Shown here piece after piece: positions 28,406-37,467 of a DNA stretch of 62,470 nucleotides. This DNA is from a virus. Every line of letters starts with the position of its first letter. Position 1 is the first letter of the stretch. A program made the position numbers and the translations under genes. The DNA lies in IMG/VR virus record IMGVR_UViG_3300045988_065931; one strand, 5' to 3'. Under the pieces are notes generated by a model, which was not told where the DNA came from, did not search any database, and saw only the letters and a program-made list of their open reading frames with translations.

Positions 28406-29137
28406 TTAAACAGTGGTAGTTTCGACAATGTATCCCATTAACTCATCAATGTCGGATTCGTTTATAATGGCATTTCTATTGCGAATTCCATAATATTTAA
28501 CACTATTCTCTTCTTCTTTTCTTATTCCGATCATCATTTTCCCGTAATAAAGAAAAACGCACTTTTCTGTTTCGTATGGTTTTCTGTCGTTCGCAAGCAA
28601 AAGGATATCATACGGAGAATAATGGGGCATAAAATCTTCACAATTAACTTGGATTCCCAAAAATACTTTTGCCTTAATATTGTCGGAAAAATCATCAATA
28701 TCAATCGAGAAAAAATCGTTTGATGGAACTAAATGACCATTTTTATACTTAGGCTTCATAATACTTACTGATTTATGGTTTTCTTTCCTATTATTCAATG
28801 TCTTTTGATGTTGTATAAACCAACTGATCAGATATCTCGAATTTTCCGGAAGTTCTCTGCAAGTATTCAAACAATCTGTTGTACGTTCTTCCATTGTGTT
28901 CGCTCCGAATAGTTCGTCTACACTGATGCTGAATACCTTGGCGAGTTTTACAGCATTCGACAAGTTACAGTCAGAACTATTTTCGTACAGCATACCTCGT
29001 AGCGTGGAAAATGGGATTCCGGCGCGCTCTGATAATTCGCTTAGTGTCATGTTACCAATATAAGAGTTAATGTTTTCACGAAAATTATCCATTAGTGTAA
29101 AACCTTTGTCCGTTATTGATTTGTTACTTTTGTTCAT
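28406..29137 (-). CDS. CI-like repressor (XRE HTH + C-terminal domain)
   Basis: MTLSELSERAGIPFSTLRGMLYE...VKLAKVFSISVDELF. On the minus strand next to the early region. Confidence 0.65.
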   Translation of the reverse strand: MNKSNKSITDKGFTLMDNFRENINSYIGNMTLSELSERAGIPFSTLRGMLYENSSDCNLSNAVKLAKVFSISVDELFGANTMEERTTDCLNTCRELPENSRYLISWFIQHQKTLNNRKENHKSVSIMKPKYKNGHLVPSNDFFSIDIDDFSDNIKAKVFLGIQVNCEDFMPHYSPYDILLLANDRKPYETEKCVFLYYGKMMIGIRKEEENSVKYYGIRNRNAIINESDIDELMGYIVETTTV

Positions 29138-29589
29138 TTCTTTACCTCTCGTAGTATTCTTTTTGGTTGTTTTATATGGTAAACTATGAATTGTCCTGTT
29201 AAACAGGGCGCTTCAAGTTCTGGCTTGGGAGTGTTTGTGAACCGCAATTCACTCCCAAAACCGATAACATTTTAACATTTTTGAAGTTATTATTCAAATT
29301 TTCAAGTCGACAAAAAACGACAACTGTTTTAAAACAACGTCCACATGTAAAAATACAGGATATAAAGAAAACATATGTTCTAAATATTCTTGTAATTGAG
29401 CAATTCCTGTTGGATAATATAAAAAAAGGAATTTCGGATGTGTTTTTGCAAAAGGAGGGTTACTGTGGAGTACAAAGAGAAAATTATTAAGATGGTTAAC
29501 GAGATTGATTGTGAAGATTACATAATGAAAATCTATTTTTATGTTCTTGCTAGATATAAGAAGTATAAAGAGAAAAAGTCGGAAGAAAT

Positions 29590-29961
29590 TTAATTCTCCC
29601 GGCTTTTATATTTTTCTGCCATACCCTTGGCGATCTTTCTTAATGCACTTTTGCTATCTTCGTCCAATCCCATATATACGGTAATTAAACTTTTAATAAA
29701 ATCATCATCAGAGTCTTCTAATTCTACAAGCAATTCTGAAAACGAACCGTCTTTTTCTTTATACATATCTCCAGTTCCATTTTTTAACCAATCTTCATTG
29801 ACGTTAAATTCCCTACATATATCAGAAATAGTTCTATCAGACGGGATGCGATTTCCTGTTTCTATAAGAGAAATGTAATTTTTTGTTAAATTCAATCTCA
29901 ATCCGAAGTCTTCTTGATTCAATTTAGAATCCTTTCTTATTTTTAAAATTCTATTTTTCAT
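29590..29961 (-). CDS. XRE-family HTH regulator
   Basis: LNQEDFGLRLNLTKNYISLIETGNRIPSDRTISDICREFNVNEDWL. Divergent from the early promoter. Confidence 0.7.
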   Translation of the reverse strand: MKNRILKIRKDSKLNQEDFGLRLNLTKNYISLIETGNRIPSDRTISDICREFNVNEDWLKNGTGDMYKEKDGSFSELLVELEDSDDDFIKSLITVYMGLDEDSKSALRKIAKGMAEKYKSREN

Positions 29962-29997
29962 TATATCACCTCCTTATGATTTGATAATACCAAAAAA

Positions 29998-30068
29998 ATC
30001 ACACCCAGTCAAACAAAAATGTTGACGAAGTCATAATAGTGTGATAGTATAATCACACAAGGTGTGAT
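29998..30068. promoter_or_regulatory. Early promoter with operator half-sites
   Basis: TTGACG (30022-30027), 17 nt, then TGaTAGTAT. Perfect palindrome GTGTGAT-N6-ATCACAC at 30039-30058, plus extra half-sites ATCACAC at 29998 and GTGTGAT at 30062. Confidence 0.6.
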
Positions 30069-30082
30069 AAGGAGGCGAAAAC

Positions 30083-30406
30083 ATGGCTAAATATCTCAAA
30101 GAAAATTCAGAAGTATTAGAAGCCTTTATGTTTTCCTATTTAAAGTTGGATGAATTTTTCAAAGAGTTTGGAGGAATTTCAGATGCTATAATATTTCGAC
30201 TTTCCGCAGAGGAAAAAAGTGTTGAAATTTCTTTCCCATTTGAAGAACAGGAAAGTATAAAGGCTTTTTCGGGAGATTATCTCGTGCGAGGAGAAGAAAT
30301 CCCCCGAAGTATTCCTACACGCTATCGCTATTATGTTATTAGCGGTCAAGAATTTTGTAAAAAGTTCAAGCCTTTGGATGTTAAAGAACAATTTTCTAGT
30401 TCTTGA
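30083..30406 (+). CDS. Hypothetical early protein (Cro position, no obvious HTH)
   Basis: RBS aaggaggcg. Confidence 0.45.
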   Translation: MAKYLKENSEVLEAFMFSYLKLDEFFKEFGGISDAIIFRLSAEEKSVEISFPFEEQESIKAFSGDYLVRGEEIPRSIPTRYRYYVISGQEFCKKFKPLDVKEQFSSS

Positions 30407-30588
30407 AAAACAAAAGAGTTATTTGCCGTTTTGGAAACATGTATGCTAGTTGCATAATCTTCTTTTATACATTCTGCGAGAGCAAATGCATAAGCGGTAT
30501 CTTTTAAAAGAAGTTCATTGATATGTTTGACATCATGTTCATTTACACAAATAAGAAGTTCTTTAACAATGCTTTTAGCACTATCCAT
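30346..30588 (-). CDS. Hypothetical protein
   Basis: Minus-strand RBS gggaggtg before MDSAKS. Its 3' end overlaps the 30083 gene. Confidence 0.4.
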   Translation of the reverse strand: MDSAKSIVKELLICVNEHDVKHINELLLKDTAYAFALAECIKEDYATSIHVSKTANNSFVFQELENCSLTSKGLNFLQNS

Positions 30589-30640
30589 GAGAAACACCTC
30601 CCTTCAGGGAAAATTATATCACAGAAAGGGGCGATAGAAA

Positions 30641-31390
30641 ATGAACGAGCTTATCAAAGTGAATTTTGATAAAGAACAGCCGACAGTATCGGCAAGAGAT
30701 TTACACGAACAACTAAATATAGGAAAACGCTTTAGTGCGTGGTTTGAAACAAATAGTAAAGGGTTTGTTGAAGGGGAAGATTTTGAAGGGGCGTACCTAA
30801 AGGTACAGGGCAATCAATACGGCGGAGAACAAGAAATTCAAGACTACAATCTTTCTATTGATATGGCGAAACATATTTGTCTTATGAGTAGAACTGAAAA
30901 AGGAAGAGAATGCAGGCAGTACTTCATTGACCTTGAGAAAGCATGGAATACACCAGAGCAGATTATGGCAAGAGCATTGAAGATGGCAGATAAGACTATT
31001 GAACAGTTAAAAACAGATAACAAGGCTCTTGAACAGAAAATCGAACAGGACAAGCCGAAAACAATCTTTGCAGATGCAGTCAGCACAAGCCACACATCAA
31101 TTCTTATCGGAGACTTGGCAAAGTTGATTTGTCAGAATGGTGTGCAAATCGGGCAGAAACGATTATTCGAGTGGATGAGACAGAATAACTTCCTTATTAA
31201 AAGTGGTTCCTCAAGAAATATGCCGATGCAACGGTATGTAGAACAAGGGCTGTTTGAGATTAAGGAAAGCAACGTTCAGAATCCAGACGGAAGTGTAAGA
31301 ATTACGAAAACTACGAAAGTTACTGGGAAAGGGCAGATATATTTCGTGAATCAGTTTTTAAAGGGAAATACTTTAGAGAAGAGGTGTTAA
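30641..31390 (+). CDS. Anti-repressor (AntA/ORF6N-type N-domain + KilAC-type C-domain)
   Basis: TVSARDLHEQLNIGKRFSAWF...; C-terminal IFADAVSTSHTSILIGDLAK...MPMQRYVEQGLF. Confidence 0.7.
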   Translation: MNELIKVNFDKEQPTVSARDLHEQLNIGKRFSAWFETNSKGFVEGEDFEGAYLKVQGNQYGGEQEIQDYNLSIDMAKHICLMSRTEKGRECRQYFIDLEKAWNTPEQIMARALKMADKTIEQLKTDNKALEQKIEQDKPKTIFADAVSTSHTSILIGDLAKLICQNGVQIGQKRLFEWMRQNNFLIKSGSSRNMPMQRYVEQGLFEIKESNVQNPDGSVRITKTTKVTGKGQIYFVNQFLKGNTLEKRC

Positions 31391-31393
31391 AAA

Positions 31394-31558
31394 TGGCAGG
31401 AGATGTATTAGAAATGGCAATACCAAAAGAAGAACAGGAAGAAATCAAAGAATTTATTTCTACATTATTAGTTCTTCCGAAAGAGGACAGGGCAGTTCTG
31501 TTGTCAAATGCAAATGCTTTTCGGGTAAGAAGAGACATTGAGAAAGCAAAGAGGTAAA
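31394..31558 (+). CDS. Small hypothetical protein (54 aa)
   Basis: Translated by hand: MAGDVLEMAIPKEEQEEIKEF... Confidence 0.35.
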
Positions 31559-31566
31559 AAGAAAAT

Positions 31567-31782
31567 ATGAAGCAGCCAAAGAAATTAACGAGACAGCAAA
31601 AGGAATGCTTATCCGCGCATCACTTGAATGCTGAAAATTGGGCGCTTGTCCAAGAAACGGATTTTTATTTGAAAATTATTAATAAGAGAACGGGAAATAT
31701 TAAGAATGTGGATAAGTTTAGAAGAATAAGAAAGGGTGAAAGAAAGTATGCGGGAAACAAAACCGACGAAGTGCAAAATTGA
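31567..31782 (+). CDS. Hypothetical protein
   Basis: ORF only. Confidence 0.4.
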   Translation: MKQPKKLTRQQKECLSAHHLNAENWALVQETDFYLKIINKRTGNIKNVDKFRRIRKGERKYAGNKTDEVQN

Positions 31783-31958
31783 TGTACTTAAATTTGAGCA
31801 CACAACGAACACTCCGGTTATTGAAGCAATGAAAAAAAAGAAAAATAAAATAAGTGATGAACAAATAATAATTACCGCGCAATGGATCATCATTGTTGTC
31901 ATGGCTGTAATCATTTATATCTTGCAGGCAGGACCGATTTAAGGAGGCGAACAAAGAA

Positions 31959-32165
31959 ATGTACAAAGAAATGGACAGAGAGGTAAAGAAAGACGCTGAA
32001 GAAGAAATGAACTGCATCTTGGATCTGCTCGAAGATTGGTGTCTGAAATACGATCAGGATTATGTAAACGCGGTTGTACTTGTAAAACATGATCAGATCA
32101 CATCGTGGGGAAGCGTAGGCAACCAAGAAGACTTTGACGTTTACAGAACAAAAAAGCGCCCATAA
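31959..32165 (+). CDS. Hypothetical protein
   Basis: RBS aaggaggcg. Confidence 0.45.
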   Translation: MYKEMDREVKKDAEEEMNCILDLLEDWCLKYDQDYVNAVVLVKHDQITSWGSVGNQEDFDVYRTKKRP

Positions 32166-32222
32166 GAGGCGGCAGCCTCTAGGACGCATAACTAAACAAC
32201 CAAGATTATTGTAACAGAAAGG

Positions 32223-32939
32223 ATGAGAAAAGTGAAGAAGTTTAAACTAACAAGCGAATTTATTGTAGATATTTCCGGCGTGAAATTGTTTCGCATTAAA
32301 GCGTTAATTGAGTTTGGCAATGTAAAAGCCGGGGATTTGGGAGGATACATAGAAAAAGAAAAAAACCTGAGTCATATGGGCAATGCATGGGTTTCCGGCA
32401 ATGCACAGGTTTTCGGCAATGCACGGGTTTCCGGCGATGCACAGGTTTTCGGCGATGCACAGGTTTTCGGCAATGCACGGGTTTTCGGCAATGCATGGGT
32501 TTCCGGCGATGCACAGGTTTTCGGCAATGCATGGGTTTCCGGCAATGCACAGGTTTCCGGCAATGCATGGGTTTTCGGCGATGCACAGGTTTTCGGCAAT
32601 GCACAGGTTTTCGGCAATGCACGGGTTTTCGGCAATGCACGGGTTTCCGGCAATGCACGGGTTTCCGGCGATGCACAGGTTTTCGGCAATGCACAGGTTT
32701 TCGGCGATGCACGGGTTTCCGGCGATAAGGATTATGCATATGCTCACGGTTTCGGATCTTGTAATCGCACAACCACATTCTTCCGGCTTAAAGATGGAGA
32801 TGTAGGCGTACGCTGTGGATGTTTCTACGGAACGCTTGCGCAGTTCAGAGATAATGTCTGCGAAACGCATGGAGAGACAAAGAAAGCACAAGAATATTTA
32901 ATGTTAGCGGACTTAATGGATTTCAGATTCAAAAATTAA
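32223..32939 (+). CDS. Hexapeptide-repeat (beta-helix/bactofilin-like) protein with Cys-containing C-terminal domain
   Basis: 19 tandem hexapeptides of the form G[ND]A[QRW]V[SF]. Unique N- and C-termini. RBS cagaaaggATG. Confidence 0.65.
   Translation: MRKVKKFKLTSEFIVDISGVKLFRIKALIEFGNVKAGDLGGYIEKEKNLSHMGNAWVSGNAQVFGNARVSGDAQVFGDAQVFGNARVFGNAWVSGDAQVFGNAWVSGNAQVSGNAWVFGDAQVFGNAQVFGNARVFGNARVSGNARVSGDAQVFGNAQVFGDARVSGDKDYAYAHGFGSCNRTTTFFRLKDGDVGVRCGCFYGTLAQFRDNVCETHGETKKAQEYLMLADLMDFRFKN
32379..32720. repeat. 19 tandem copies of an 18-bp unit (ggcaatgcacaggttttc and variants)
   Basis: Counted directly: 342 nt = 19 x 18. The ORF track lists long ORFs in five of the six frames across it. Confidence 0.95.
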
Positions 32940-32968
32940 AAAAAACTAACGAAAGGAGATTTGTAAAG

Positions 32969-33214
32969 ATGATTACATGCGATAAAGGGAATGTGGAAAT
33001 GGAAGGAAATTTAATATTATTAGAAGCAGAAACAATCGCGATATTAAGAGGAATAAGAAACACCCTCGAAGAATCGTGTGAAAAAAAACATGCAGAAGAA
33101 TTAATGCAAAAAATATTTGAATTATCCGCAATGACGCGAGAAGAAATAGAAGAGGAAATGAAAAAATTAGCACAAGAAATAGAGAGAGAAATAGCGGAAC
33201 ACCTAATGAAATGA
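32969..33214 (+). CDS. Hypothetical acidic helical protein
   Basis: RBS aaaggagat. Confidence 0.45.
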   Translation: MITCDKGNVEMEGNLILLEAETIAILRGIRNTLEESCEKKHAEELMQKIFELSAMTREEIEEEMKKLAQEIEREIAEHLMK

Positions 33215-33388
33215 ACGAGGAGCTTATTTTGTGGATCATCCGCTGGGAAGATCCGTACGCATTAGAGTGTAAGACAATGACCAGACTGGAAGTCGAAAAG
33301 TACGCTCAAGAAAATCAAAAAAGCGCGGAGGTACATATATAATCAATTAAAAAATGTGAATAAATTAAGTAGAAAGGAAAGAAGATGT

Positions 33389-35440
33389 ATGAAAATAATT
33401 AAATTAAAAAGTATTCACATCCAGAATTTTAAGGGATGTGTGAACAAGTTAATTTCATTCGGCGAATTAACGAAAATATATGGCGCAAATGCAACTGGAA
33501 AGACAACGGTATTTGATGCTTTCACATGGTTGTTGTTCGGAAAAGATTCGCATGGAAGTGCAAAGTTTGATATTCGCACATTAGATAAAGACGGAAAGAT
33601 GATTGACAATCTGGAAATATGCGTAGAAGCAATCCTTTCTGTCGATGGAGAAGAATATACCTTGAAAAAAGTTCAAAAACAAAAATTTGTGAAGAAAAGA
33701 GGGACAGGAACAACAGAGTTTCAAGGAAATGTTAATGAGTTTGAAATCAACGGTTATCCGAAATCAGAAAAAGATTTTAAAGAGTTTATTTCCGGCATGA
33801 TTGACGAAAAGATTTTCAACCTTGTTACAAATCCGATCGCATTTACTTCTTTACCGTGGAAAGAACAGAGAGAAATCTTGATGCAGTTCGTTGCAGATTC
33901 TTCAGATGTTCAGATTGCAGAGGGGTACGGAGAAAAGTTTTTAAAACTTATTCCAGAGCTGAAAATCGCAAGCACGGACGATATTCTGAAAAAGTATACA
34001 AAAGCGAAGAATACATTAAAAGAGAAAATGACAGAGATCCCGGCACGCATTGATGAAGTATCGAAACAGCTTGTCACAGTAGATGTCGGTGCTCTTGAAG
34101 TGGAAAAAGCTGCGAAAGAAACTGCTTTGAAAAAAGTAGAGGATAAACTTGCTGGTGGAACTGAGAAAAGCAAAGAGATCAATGCTAAAAGAGAACAAGT
34201 GATGAACCTGAAATTTGATTTAAGCGATATCAGCAATAAAGAAACAGAGATTCTGATGGAAAAGAGAAGAGGTGTGGCTTCTGAATGCAACGAAGTAGAA
34301 GAAAAACTAATGTCTTTGAAAAGACAGGCTAATTCTATTGCGGTGGATATCGAAAGCGCAGAAAAGCAAAAAGAGAGTGCGGAAACTGATAAAAAGAAAT
34401 TTATAGATGAATGGAGACGCGAAAAAGCAAGCGTGTTCCCAGAAATGAAGACATTCCTAGAATATACGCCATTGCCGGAACTTGCAGAAGACGATTTGAT
34501 TTGTCCGACTTGCGGTCAATCTCTTCCGAAAGAAGTTCGAGAAAAGCGTATTTCTGATTATGAGGAAAGAAAGAAAAATGACGAAGAGAGATATAAAAAA
34601 TCGAAGGCTGAATATGAAGAACGCTACATTTCAGATAAAGAAAAGTTTGAAAAGAACAGAGAAAACAATCTGAAATCCATTACAGAAAAAGGACAGAAAG
34701 CAGCAGATAATATTCGAGAATATCAGAAAATCATTAATGATAAACAACAGGAACTGGAAGCAGTCAATGCAGAAATCGCAAAATTCGAAGAAACATTAAA
34801 AGAAAAGAAAGAAATTCTTGAATCGATCCCGACTGTAGCCGATATGTTAAAAAATGAAGAGTACAAAAAAATCAGCGAACAGATTCTTATGTTGGAAAAT
34901 GAAATCGAAGAAATGAGCAAAGAAACAGTTGGAAAAACAGAATTAGAAGCAAAAAAAGCTGTTTTGCGTGATGAAATCTCAGATATTATTGCGAAAATCA
35001 AATCTGTGGACAATTCAAAAGTTAAAGAGCGTATTGCAGAGTTGGAAAAAGAAAAAGCGGAAGTCGGACAGAAGATTGCAGAACAGGAACAAATGATTGA
35101 TTTAACAGAAGAATTTATCAGAGAGAAAATGAATCGAATTTCTTCTGTGATTAACGAGAAGTTTGGGGGAAGAGTTACGTTTAAACTTTTTGAAGTTCAG
35201 ATAAATTCTGGAATCAGAGAAACTTGTGAATGTCAGTGGGATGGAAGAACCAATATGAGTAATGGAGAATCTATCGTGGCAGGAATGTATATTTGCAAGG
35301 CACTATCTGAATTATATGAAGTTAGTTGCCCTCTTTTCGTAGATAATTCGGAAGCGGTCAGCGATGGTAGATTTCCAGATATGAACTGCCAAGTTATAAA
35401 ATTGTTTGTTTCTAATGATAAGGAGCTTGTAGTTTGCTAG
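33389..35440 (+). CDS. SbcC/Rad50-like AAA ATPase with zinc hook
   Basis: N-terminal IQNFKG...IYGANATGKTTVFDA Walker A, long coiled coil, CPTCGQ hook, C-terminal LFVDNSEAV. Confidence 0.75.
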   Translation: MKIIKLKSIHIQNFKGCVNKLISFGELTKIYGANATGKTTVFDAFTWLLFGKDSHGSAKFDIRTLDKDGKMIDNLEICVEAILSVDGEEYTLKKVQKQKFVKKRGTGTTEFQGNVNEFEINGYPKSEKDFKEFISGMIDEKIFNLVTNPIAFTSLPWKEQREILMQFVADSSDVQIAEGYGEKFLKLIPELKIASTDDILKKYTKAKNTLKEKMTEIPARIDEVSKQLVTVDVGALEVEKAAKETALKKVEDKLAGGTEKSKEINAKREQVMNLKFDLSDISNKETEILMEKRRGVASECNEVEEKLMSLKRQANSIAVDIESAEKQKESAETDKKKFIDEWRREKASVFPEMKTFLEYTPLPELAEDDLICPTCGQSLPKEVREKRISDYEERKKNDEERYKKSKAEYEERYISDKEKFEKNRENNLKSITEKGQKAADNIREYQKIINDKQQELEAVNAEIAKFEETLKEKKEILESIPTVADMLKNEEYKKISEQILMLENEIEEMSKETVGKTELEAKKAVLRDEISDIIAKIKSVDNSKVKERIAELEKEKAEVGQKIAEQEQMIDLTEEFIREKMNRISSVINEKFGGRVTFKLFEVQINSGIRETCECQWDGRTNMSNGESIVAGMYICKALSELYEVSCPLFVDNSEAVSDGRFPDMNCQVIKLFVSNDKELVVC

Positions 35441-35463
35441 AAATGTTTGATTAGGAGTGGAAA

Positions 35464-35889
35464 ATGAGAGCAGAATGGAGAATCAAAGGAATTTATAAGG
35501 CTGATGCTCAAAAAGTCGCTGATGAAATCGGAGATAAAAAAGTTACACCACAAGAAATTCTTGAAAAGGCTAGAGATGAAACATCCGAACTTCACAAGTG
35601 TTTTGAATGGGATGATAGCGTGGCAGCAGAACGATACCGATTGCAACAGGCTGGAAATGTACTGAGGATGTTGGTATTTACTCCAAAAACAAGTGAAGAA
35701 CAGCCAGTACGATGTTTTCACATAACTACGGAGAAAAATACATATCAGCCGACACAGCAATTTCTTGTTCAAGAAAACGAGTATCAGATCCTTTTGAAAA
35801 AGGCATTGAATGAGTTAGAAACATTTAAGCGAAAATACCATACACTTTCCGAACTGGAACAGGTATTTGAAGCAATAGAAAGTATTTAA
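35464..35889 (+). CDS. Hypothetical protein
   Basis: RBS taggagtgg. Confidence 0.45.
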   Translation: MRAEWRIKGIYKADAQKVADEIGDKKVTPQEILEKARDETSELHKCFEWDDSVAAERYRLQQAGNVLRMLVFTPKTSEEQPVRCFHITTEKNTYQPTQQFLVQENEYQILLKKALNELETFKRKYHTLSELEQVFEAIESI

Positions 35890-36235
35890 AAACTGAATAT
35901 CTGCTTATCGCCTGTGTAGTTGACAGATAGACTGTCAAAGAAACATAAGGTATATCAATAAAGATCACGACACGATACTACACTACAAGACATTCTATCT
36001 GTGAATTATGCAGGCGAAGATGGTAGGTATAGCTGTTGGCTTGATTGCTGGCAATAAAAAACAAAACTAACGAAAAAACAGGAAAAATCATCTAAACAAA
36101 TTATATGAAAGAATAACATACTATATTGCATGTTTTCAAGTCAATACCTATGCCTATCATTGGCAGATAAAAGTAAAGCATATTATAACGAATAATAGGC
36201 TATGAAAGTAAAAGACAGAATATGAAACCATAACA

Positions 36236-36375
36236 GTTTGACCGTCTTGTTGGTTGCAATAGTAACCGAAACCAAACTTTACGAATGAATAGGACGGAAT
36301 ATTGAAGATTACGAAACCGAAGAATAGAAGAGCATATAAGAAAACAGACTATTGCAACGAATTGGACGGTCAAAC
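36236..36375. promoter_or_regulatory. Long interrupted hairpin (11-bp + 10-bp perfect arms) just upstream of the 36403 gene
   Basis: gtttgaccgtc 36236-46 pairs with gacggtcaaac 36365-75. ttgcaatagt 36254-63 pairs with actattgcaa 36348-57. Confidence 0.5.
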
Positions 36376-36402
36376 GGAAAAACATACAGGAGGGTTATAA
36401 AA

Positions 36403-37035
36403 ATGAAAAATGAATATGTAATTGAATTAAAGCCGTTAGGAAATAAATTTATGGAAGTAACTATTGTAGGGGATAGTGATTTAGTCCTTAACAAAATGAA
36501 TGATGTCAATGCAAAGCAGTTGATCGATAAGAGAAAGGATAAGGCAAAAGACACTACAAAACCTAATACGTGGGAAGAAATTATTACCTCTATGCACTGG
36601 TACAACGGAAAACCTACCGATTTTTCAGAAAAAGGTCTTGCAAAAGCATTAAAGGAAAATGCGCCTTGCATTACTGATTTTGGGTTGAAAAAATCTTTCG
36701 GAGACGCTGTAGTTCGCGCCGAGATCGACAAGTACAAGACAAAATTTGATGCAAACGTGAACATGGTGGATAAAAGCGGTTTAGTTCCGATTAAATTTGC
36801 AGAGCATTTTATTGATGAGAAATTGATGTCTCCAAAGAAAGGAAGTCCAGTGCTTGTTCATCTAAATCGATTTACTGGATGGAGCGCAACATTCACAATT
36901 TCTTATATGGAAAATGTATATTCTGCGGAACAGATTATCAATATCATCAATATTGCAGGATTTGGACTTGGAATTGGAAGTGGCAGAACGAGTGGTTTTG
37001 GAAGATACCATGTAGAAAATGTAAGGGCGGTGTAA
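36403..37035 (+). CDS. Hypothetical protein with C-terminal glycine-rich loop
   Basis: RBS caggaggg. C-terminal AGFGLGIGSGRTSGFGRYHV. Confidence 0.55.
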   Translation: MKNEYVIELKPLGNKFMEVTIVGDSDLVLNKMNDVNAKQLIDKRKDKAKDTTKPNTWEEIITSMHWYNGKPTDFSEKGLAKALKENAPCITDFGLKKSFGDAVVRAEIDKYKTKFDANVNMVDKSGLVPIKFAEHFIDEKLMSPKKGSPVLVHLNRFTGWSATFTISYMENVYSAEQIINIINIAGFGLGIGSGRTSGFGRYHVENVRAV

Positions 37036-37038
37036 AGA

Positions 37039-37242
37039 ATGATCGCAATTAAAGCACGATACTTAAAGCATGGAGAAGCCATCGGAAAAGACTATGTTTT
37101 TGCTTGCAACTTCCTTCCGAAACTTGGAGATATTGTAAAAGCCGGAAAGGCAAAGGCGGTTGTGACGGAAGTAGATACATCAGATGGTGCGGTTTACAAG
37201 TACGATGGGGAATTAAGAGTAGCGGAAGAGGTGGAGGAATAA
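37039..37242 (+). CDS. Hypothetical protein
   Basis: ORF only. Confidence 0.4.
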   Translation: MIAIKARYLKHGEAIGKDYVFACNFLPKLGDIVKAGKAKAVVTEVDTSDGAVYKYDGELRVAEEVEE

Positions 37243-37455
37243 ATGTCAGAAGAAACAAAAGAATACATAAGACTTCACATGGAAATATTGAGAGAATCCA
37301 TGAAGAAAGAGGGATTGTTATTTGCAATCGCAGTTGATAAAAAAGATTTCGACAATTCGAGCATCTGCATTATCGAAAAAGAAGCACTTATTTCAAAAGG
37401 AAAAGCCGAGGGAATAAAGTTTCGATTAGATGAATTGAACAAAGGGTTATTGTAG
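37243..37455 (+). CDS. Hypothetical protein
   Basis: ORF only; TAAATG coupling. Confidence 0.4.
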   Translation: MSEETKEYIRLHMEILRESMKKEGLLFAIAVDKKDFDNSSICIIEKEALISKGKAEGIKFRLDELNKGLL

Positions 37456-37467
37456 GAGGAATAAATT

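Noticed and set aside
29467-29592. 42-aa GTG-started ORF between the two repressor genes
   Set aside because: It is plausible (RBS aaaggaggg), but it is too short and featureless to support.
32379-32720. Possible CRISPR array (regular short repeats); the same question applies to the (GACA)8 tract at 39963-39994
   Set aside because: The repeats are contiguous with no spacers and lie inside coding sequence. No cas genes are present.
32296-32891. Four additional long ORFs on both strands across the 18-bp repeat array
   Set aside because: They are artefacts of a stop-free tandem repeat. Only the + frame starting at 32223 has an RBS, a unique N-terminus and a unique C-terminal domain.
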